This document shows, piece by piece, positions 30,772 through 37,946 of a DNA stretch of 37,946 nucleotides (position 1 is its first letter; each line of letters opens with the position of its first letter). The position numbers and the translations under genes were made by a program. The stretch is from Macrostomum lignano (Eukaryota). The notes below the pieces were generated by a model that saw only the letters and a list, made by a program, of their open reading frames with translations, was not told the DNA's origin and did no database searches. The stretch spans positions 1-37,946 of the forward strand of contig NIVC01000287.1 of the NCBI GenBank assembly GCA_002269645.1, written 5' to 3'.

Positions 30772-31494
30772 GCCACCGCCACCCTCCCACATTCCAGGCT
30801 GGTCCAACAATCAGCTTCATTCAAATATAAAATACAGTAGAAGTCTCACTGTGCTACTCATACTACTGAGCACTCATTTTTGGCGATAGTAGTACACCAA
30901 CCTTCAAGCATTGTCTATACATATACACTTTTAATGCTTGTCTACAATCTGGGCTTCTAATCAAGTAAACATTTTCATTGTCAAAGTTTCATGCATGAGA
31001 CTAAATGGCTTACAAAGATAGAAAAACAGTGCACATTATTCCCTTTGAGTATGGCTGTGTATATTTATATTTATATAATTTGACACTTGCCTTCAAAGGT
31101 TTCTTCCAAAGAAGTGACGAAATTAAGGCAACAATGTTAAAGTATCATAACTGTGACAAAAACATTAGGGAGCGGGTGTATGAACTTGTTCTTTCATTGA
31201 GAGTTAGTTAAACAAATATGCAATAGAGAAACTGTGATGGGGTGACACTTAATCAATTATAATAATATAAATGTTTGTAAAGTGCTTTTTCTTGCACAGT
31301 GCACGGGTCCAGCTACCATGTGTGGGCGTGATTGCAGTTTAACAAAAAGTATATTTGCTACCTTTGTTGTTTAGTTGTCAAGGAGATTGAATTGATTTGG
31401 TACGCCAAGTATTTTCTTATCTATTTCTAAAATCTCAAAATAGTTTATCCTGGGAAAGAATAGTTTCTCCGCTCAACTTGCGGGCCCCGTCACC

Positions 31495-31900
31495 TGTCTG
31501 TCTCATTGTGATCTCTCCCTGTCTGTCTCTCCCTGTCTGTCTTTCACTGTCTGTCTCTCCCTGTCTGTCTCTCCCTGTCTGTCTCTCCCTGTCTGTCTCT
31601 CCCTGTCTGTCTCTCCCTGTCTGTCTCTCCCTGTCTGTCTCTCCCTGTCTGTCTTTCCTTGTCTGTCTCTCCCTGTCTGTCTCTCCTTGTCTGTCTCTCC
31701 TTGTCTGTCTCTCCCTGTCTGTCTCTCCTTGTCTGTCTCTCCCTGTCTGTCTCTCCCTGTCTGTCTCTCCCTGTCTGTCTCTTCTTGTCTGTCTCTCCCT
31801 GTCTGTCTCTCCTGTCTGTCTCTCACTGTCTGTCTTTCGCTGTCTGCCTCTCACTTTGTGTCTCTCCCTGTCTTTGTCCGCATGTCTGTCTCTCCCTGTG
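31495..31900. repeat. 14-bp pyrimidine-rich repeat (ctgtctgtctctcc)n
   Basis: About 28 units, degenerate at the right end. Confidence 0.95.
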
Positions 31901-32255
31901 TGTCTTTCCGTCTTTCGCTCACTATCTCTCTTTAATTTGCATTCCTCCCAGTCTGTATTATTTTCCAAAATTGCTAAATTTACCTGTTTACCTTTACATT
32001 CTACTCTGCTCTCTAGCTATACTCATTTTCTCTACCATAAAAATGACTTTTTTATTGACAGGTGACTGACAAAATTACATGCACTTTAGATTATCATATG
32101 CTATATGATGTTTTTGTGTGTGATAATCAGCAAATTAAATTTGGCTTCTCCCTGTTTTGCAAAACTGTATAAAAATGAGACTCATCATGGCTTGCGAATG
32201 AATGAACATACAGCTGATTGAAATTGCTCAAAAGTTTCTCAGGTGGCCATCAGAA

Positions 32256-33003
32256 TTAGTAGGCTCTACTCAGGTGGCTTGAGTCCAAGTCGACCTGAAG
32301 CATATTCCTCGTGGGCGGTCGGGTCAGGTCAATATTGATGGTCTCGCTGGTGCTGGCCTCGAGGTCCATGGACGCGTTGTCGCGAATCCGCACCTTCTGC
32401 GCTCCGGGCTGCTGACTGCCGCTCACCGCGGCGCTCCTGTAGAAGCAGTGATTGAGGAACAGGCCGTAGCTGGCGATGACCAGCACCGTGCCCGCAACCA
32501 GGTACTCCTTCTTGGCCAGGGTGGTGCCCACGATCAGACAGGTGACTCCGCCGATGGCAACCAGAGCGATGAGGTGCAGGTAGATTAGATGGATGACGAT
32601 GGCGCACTCCTGGAAGCTGCAACAGCGCAGGCGATTGAACCAGCGACGCGACTGCGGGCCCTGCAGGGTGTCGGAGCGCCTGCTGAACAGTTGCAGAGTC
32701 TTCAGGCCAATCATCCCGGCCGAGGCGGACGCCAGGATGCCGTCCTGCAGCGACTGCGAGCTCTCGGAGCTGGCCGCGTCTTCGTCATCGTCGCCGTCTT
32801 GGTCCTGCTCGTTTGCGTCGGCGTCAGCAGGTGCAGCTGCCGCGGCTTCGATGAGCGCTGAGCCAGACGGTGTCTCGTAGGTTGTTGACGGGTCCCAGCT
32901 GATCTGCTTGCGCAACGACTGATGATGCTGATGCGGATGTTGAGAGGGGCCACTAGCGCTCAGACTGGGCGGCGTACTCAGCTGGGAAGCCAGTGGTTGC
33001 GGC
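32256..33003 (-). CDS. Terminal exon of an uncharacterised protein: Ser/Pro/His and acidic linker followed by two predicted TM helices
   Basis: GC-rich open frame; hydrophobic AIVIHLIYLHLIALVAIGGVTCLIVG and YLVAGTVLVIASYGLFL; strong acceptor ctttaattctcacag ending at 33004. Family not recognised. Confidence 0.75.
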
Positions 33004-34113
33004 CTGTGAGAATTAAAGGATTGATTGTTTAGCACCTTTGCTGAAGTACTTCATACAGCAATGCTTAAGGTACCTGAAATTACAGGTTGTTTGTTCATCA
33101 CTCATTCATCACTACGAATGAGGGACAGCTTTTGAAGTCAATCAAACAGTTAATTAGTTAATAATTAAAACTATTTGTTAATGAGTTTTTACGTTTTCTT
33201 TTTAAATAAGGGCTCTTTACTACCACGTAAGTTCAATCATTGCGTCTTACAACCATGCAGTGCTGAGGCATACGTTAATTACGAGTACATATGTTATACT
33301 CAATCGTTCTGGCAAAAGTTTGGCCATAGACTAGCCTCACATATCTTCATTTCGGCCCGCTCCTAGATGCAGGGCTAAGCAAAGTATGCAGTTTTCGATA
33401 TACCATCTTTACCATAGACTATAATCCCGGGCCGAATCGTTGGCCGAATCGAGTGCAAAAACTGGGGTGGGGGGGCTTCGCCCCCACATTTTAACCATAG
33501 ACAAAATCAACCAGAGTCTGACTACAGTTAAGTAGTGGATATCAGAATTCTTTTCATTCTAAATTTAACTTCGTTTTTTGTCAACCTGCTGAGCTAGAGA
33601 AAAATGATCAATTTTTCAAGAATTGCGACTGGAGATTTCTCCGGATTTGACACTCTATGGATGAAGTCAAGGCTGTAACAGGTCAGTGTTCAGTTGTTTT
33701 TGTAGTGTGCTAAGTTATAGATTATAGCATCACTCTAAAGAAACCGATTTTTTGTAGGTCATCGCCGCGATGAATCCGTCAATCGATACACCAAGCGCAT
33801 CTCTGAGAAAAGAAATATCCAGGTTTCTCGCAGTCTCTGCACTCAGAGTCGAAGATGTCGAAGGTGGTTTCAATGGAGCACCGCCAGACGGAGTACAATG
33901 AGCCTGGCCCGTCGCGCAACCCAATAGCTACTCTGGAGAAGGATGAAGCTAAAATTAGCTTCTTCTTGTAAAAGAGGCAAGCGGTGAATGGAAGCAAGAT
34001 GTGAACCTGTAACGGACAATGAATTTTGCTAGCAATGTGTGTGACAGTTTGGTTTGGAAGGTTTGGAGTTTAAGAATATCGCATGAATCTGTGCAAAGCT
34101 GAGATTTTCTCAC

Positions 34114-34676
34114 CTTTCAGGCGAATTCGATGGCGGAGCCAGACTGCTGCTGCCAGCGGTTGTCGGTAATCGCTGCCGTTCTTGACCATTGGAGCTGCTA
34201 GACGCCTGTTCCAGTGGACTGTGCCGGTCTCCGTTAGTCACGACCACCGCCGCTGCTGCTCCAACATCAGCCGTCGCGGCGCCGCCACCCGAGCTTTCTT
34301 GTCGCTCCTCCAGCACGTCGTGCAGGCGTTGCATTTTCTCTTTCAGCAGGCCAACTTCGGCCACGAGGTCTCGAAACGCTGCCGCGTCCATGCGGATCTG
34401 GCGACCCTGGGCGGCCAGGGCGAGCTCTTTAAAGTGCAACTTGGCCGCGAAGCCGAGCAGCAGCTCGTCTAATTGGCCGGCGAGGCCGCGGACGGCTGCG
34501 AGTTGGTCGCGCAGGCGCGTCAGCTGTCGCTCCTGGACAGCCAGCCGGCCAGAGGCGCGGGCCAGCTGCTGCCGCAGATTGGCGCTGTCTGCTAGGAGAA
34601 GATCAACTGCCATTGCCTGCACGCCTTCCTTTTTTGGTATTGGCCCTGCTAGTAAAGCGAGCTGTCGTTTTCCCAA
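34114..34676 (-). CDS. Internal exon encoding a predicted coiled coil; probably the same gene as 32256..33003
   Basis: LRQQLARASGRLAVQERQLTRLRDQL...LLKEKMQRLHDVLEERQ heptad-like; the ORF-track stop overlaps a consensus donor AG|GTGAGA whose phase 2 matches the acceptor at 33004. Confidence 0.65.
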
Positions 34677-35521
34677 CTCAAATGGTGGAGCAAGAGGTGG
34701 GGGTGGCTTGAGTAGTACTTAACACTGCGCCAGCCGCTTATCGTTTTAGTCACGGTGCGGTCTCGGAGTTCACAATAAAATAAGCGAATTAGCCACTTTA
34801 GTCAGTTGGTTTCAATAAGCGTATCAGTTTCAATCGATCCTCCGCTCTGTCAGAGGTGCCAAGATCTGTTTAGTGCGCGAGAGTGGCCTAAATGAACTGA
34901 ATGAGTATAATAATGCCAGTCAGAAAGGAGTGGAGTGGATCAGGAAAGCTCAAGGGTAAGGAGGATCACACACACCAGGATTTTATGAGAGGGATTTCTA
35001 GAGCTTGGAGCGTCGTTGGCTCTTATAGAGCAATGAATTAAGTTAGAAAAGGAGAAAAACTGGCCCCTGCCGACGCCGACGGAGCCCCAGTCCCTTAACT
35101 TTAAGACTGCGCGGTGGGTGGAGAGGACTGTTCTTATTATGCGCTGCTGCGTCAGTAGGGAGGACAGGCCTGAACTGTTTCCTGTAGCTCAATGAAGCGC
35201 ACTGGGTTGTGGCGCAAGTGTGCCAGCACACAAGCTTGCCAGATTTAGATTAATCTGCAGGTCCTGCTCAGCCTTACAGAGAGCATCTTGGCCCTAGAGC
35301 TCTAATCTCCTTGTTTATTCCGTCCCGTTTGAGACCCCCACTCTCTGGGCTACTCCGACGACTCCATTCGCTCATCCTACTCAGCCCATACGGACCACCT
35401 GGTCACGCTGACGTCTCAGGGTCAGATGAGCCATTACATTTTTCCTGGTGACTCCAAGATCATCTCTTTCTTACCTTAGTCATATAATTCTGCTATCTCC
35501 CCTTCTTTTTAGCTATTCAAC

Positions 35522-35660
35522 CTCCATGAAATCCCTAACATAAAGTTCTGCCGTGCGCATTTCTTCATCATATAGTACCTCCCGGAACTGCGGGGGCTGG
35601 CTCAAGCGTAAACCCAATCTACTCAGTGCACTAGATGAAATGTTTCTGCTGTACCTGCTG
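35522..35660 (-). CDS. Possible upstream exon of the coiled-coil gene
   Basis: Protein-like FREVLYDEEMRTAELYVRDFME after a (CT)n tract; weak phase-0 donor GTTGAA compatible with 34676. Confidence 0.3.
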
Positions 35661-35666
35661 CTGGCT

Positions 35667-35697
<31 letters not shown>

Positions 35698-36099
35698 TCT
35701 TCCCCATCCATACAGAAAGTCACTCTAAACCATGCACACTGCTCAGTATTGGGCATAGAGTCAATTCACTATAATAGATCACAGTGAGCATGTTCCTTTC
35801 ATTCTTCCTCACTGATTCCGTCTAATTTTCGGATGCAATAATAGTAAATTAAGCCTGCATTAGAGAATGGAAAATAACTTAAAACCATTGATCCATTAAG
35901 TCACATGTGCGATTACACTCCCTGTGATCACGCAAATTCGCCTGTGTGAATGAGGCTTCGCTCTTATTCGCCATCACGGTTTTCCCGCAGGTATTTGTTG
36001 GCAGCCATCCTTGCTCATGTCCTCTCGATACTTGTCGAGAAGATGAGTTCTAATCATCAGTAGATTTTTCTTTGGTAGGCCTGGCTTTGCAATTCTGAG

Positions 36100-36420
36100 T
36101 TAATCTACAAATGTTGTCGTCCTATGACTTACTTGACTTAGCTGCAGGGGACTACTGGAATCTGGAGAGGTGACGCCGCCCGTTCCGCTAGGGGTGTCGC
36201 GCAGGGAGATCCGGTACTTCCGGTGTCCGCAGCGCGGAGAGTGCAGGAGGTGGTTGGTCGCTCGCCTAGTAGCTTTTAGGTAGTGCACAAACTGGCAGAA
36301 ATTCTCCGGTCTTTCTTCATCCAGGGCTTTTGTAGAAGTCCACCACCCGAGTCAGATTGGTCGAGGCCGCGATGCGGTGGTGCAGGTTGAGCTGCAGGAC
36401 GTTCACTCCAAGAGTTCGCG
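36100..36420 (-). mobile_element. Decayed non-LTR retrotransposon ORF2 start (APE endonuclease fragment)
   Basis: VLQLNLHHRIAASTNL resembles the first motif of R1/LOA/I-group APE domains; a shifted frame gives LQKPW (QEPW-like); stops and frameshifts follow. Confidence 0.6.
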
Positions 36421-37177
36421 GGTGGTCGGCGCAACTCCATGGGCTCCTCCCGGGTGAATCGTGGTTGAGGGGCAGTTTCGGCATTCTCGGCACTATTTCA
36501 GTTTTGGGAACGCAGCCGTCTCTGAGATGCCAATCGGGTGCTTTTGTTGAAGGTCCGATGGTCGCCGCCGATGCTCCAGACGGTGATGAAGGGGACCCTG
36601 GTGCCTGGATGTTGAGAACAAAGGCCTCTACGACAGATGGACCCAGATTATTGAGCCAATATGGATTCACCATAAAGGTTTATACAGTGTAGTGTTGGTT
36701 GTCCTTGCCACCAGTGTCTTCGACAAGAATCGTTGAATATCTCGACGATGATGACGTCGGATGACTTTGAACGTTAGTTCGTCGGAAAGGGCGGAAACTT
36801 TTGATCCATATGGTGGGATTTTACGAAAATCGGTAATTTGTTTTGCGAGCTATCGTGAAATGGGTCGTGTGTATTTGTAATACACCCCTCGTGGTCTTTC
36901 CCCATGGGAAAAATAGCGTGGTCTTTCTACTGTTTCTTTCTACGTGGTCTTTCTAGGGTTGCTCTTGCAGCATTTCTGGCAATGCAAGCCGGCAATGCAA
37001 AGAGTTTATCGACAATCGTACTGTCCTGCACTCGTTAGACTCTTTAAAGGTTAAATAAAAATATTGAATTAATGCTTTTAAGCTTTTGGGCTCAGGTTTA
37101 CTGTTGAAGATAAATGATCAGCATTAGTTCCGAGCAAGAATGCCAACACTAAGCCTTGATGCCAAGCATCAAGGAAG

Positions 37178-37946
37178 TCCGAGATGCCATGACTCAAGGA
37201 TTAGTAGCATAGATGCCATGACTCAAGGGTTAGTAGCTGAGATGCCCATGACGCAAGGATTAGTAGCATAGATGCCATGACTAAGGTTAGTAGCTGAGAT
37301 GCCATGACTCAAGGTTAGTAGCTGAGATGTCATGGCTAAGCTAGTAACTGAGATGTCATGACTCAAGGTTAGTAGCTGAGATGCCATGACTCAAGGGTTA
37401 GTAGCTGAGATGCCATGACTCAAGATTAGTAGCATAGATGCCATGACTCAAGGGTTAGTAGCTGAGATGCCATGACTCAAGGGTTAGTAGCTGAGATGCC
37501 ATGACTCAAGGTTAGTAGCTGAGATGTCATGACTCAAGGGTTAGTAGCTGAGATGCCATGACTCAAGGGTTAGTAGCTGAGATGCCATGACTCAAGGGTT
37601 AGTAGCTGAGATGTCATGGCTCAAGGTTAGTAGCTGAGATGTCATGGCTCAAGGGTTAGTAGCTGAGATGCCATGACTCAAGGGTTAGTAGCTGAGATGC
37701 CATGGCTCAAGGGTTAGTAGCTGAGATACCATGACTCAAGGGTTAGTAGCTGAGATACCATGACTCAAGGTAGTAGCTGAGATGTCATGACTCAAGGGAT
37801 AGTAGCTGATATGCATGACTCAAGGGTTAGTAGCTGAGATGCCATGACTCAAGATTAGTAGCTGAGATACCATGACTCAAGGGTTAGTAGCTGAGATGTC
37901 ATGACTCAAGGTTAGTAGCTGAGATGTCATGGCTCAAGGGTTAGTA
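37178..37946. repeat. 29-bp minisatellite, about 26 copies, truncated by window end
   Basis: gatgccatgactcaagggttagtagctga with 28-bp variants. Confidence 0.97.

Noticed and set aside
29615-30889. Overlapping ORFs over the 28-bp array
   Set aside because: The unit is not a multiple of 3; artefactual.
36889-36956. Three copies of cgtggtctttc
   Set aside because: Short local duplication with no recognisable function.

Overview
Eukaryotic (invertebrate animal) genomic DNA, not prokaryotic. GC-rich exons with Ala/Ser/Gln/Pro runs and introns packed with minisatellites suggest a flatworm such as Macrostomum, but the taxon is inference only. Two complete genes can be assembled with phase-consistent GT-AG junctions: a 10-exon ether-a-go-go (EAG/KCNH1-5 type) voltage-gated K+ channel on the minus strand (ATG 23230 to stop 3436, about 1119 aa), and a divergently oriented 3-exon ALG9 alpha-1,2-mannosyltransferase on the plus strand (25623..29232, about 526 aa). 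A third, unidentified minus-strand gene (coiled-coil exon plus a two-TM exon, 32256..34676, 5' end unresolved) lies downstream. The rest is repeats: an internally deleted Tc1/mariner element with 155-bp TIRs, three copies of a hAT-type MITE with a variable internal 21-bp tandem repeat, three tRNA-derived SINE-like elements, a decayed non-LTR endonuclease fragment, and about 15 micro/minisatellite arrays. Most long ORFs in the supplied track are repeat artefacts. No CRISPR, rRNA or true tRNA gene was found. I see no unambiguous new biological system; the best leads are the MITE-borne VNTR, relationships among the minisatellites, the unknown coiled-coil/2TM gene, the FNL intrinsic ligand in an EAG channel, and an array carrying about 20 AP-1 sites.
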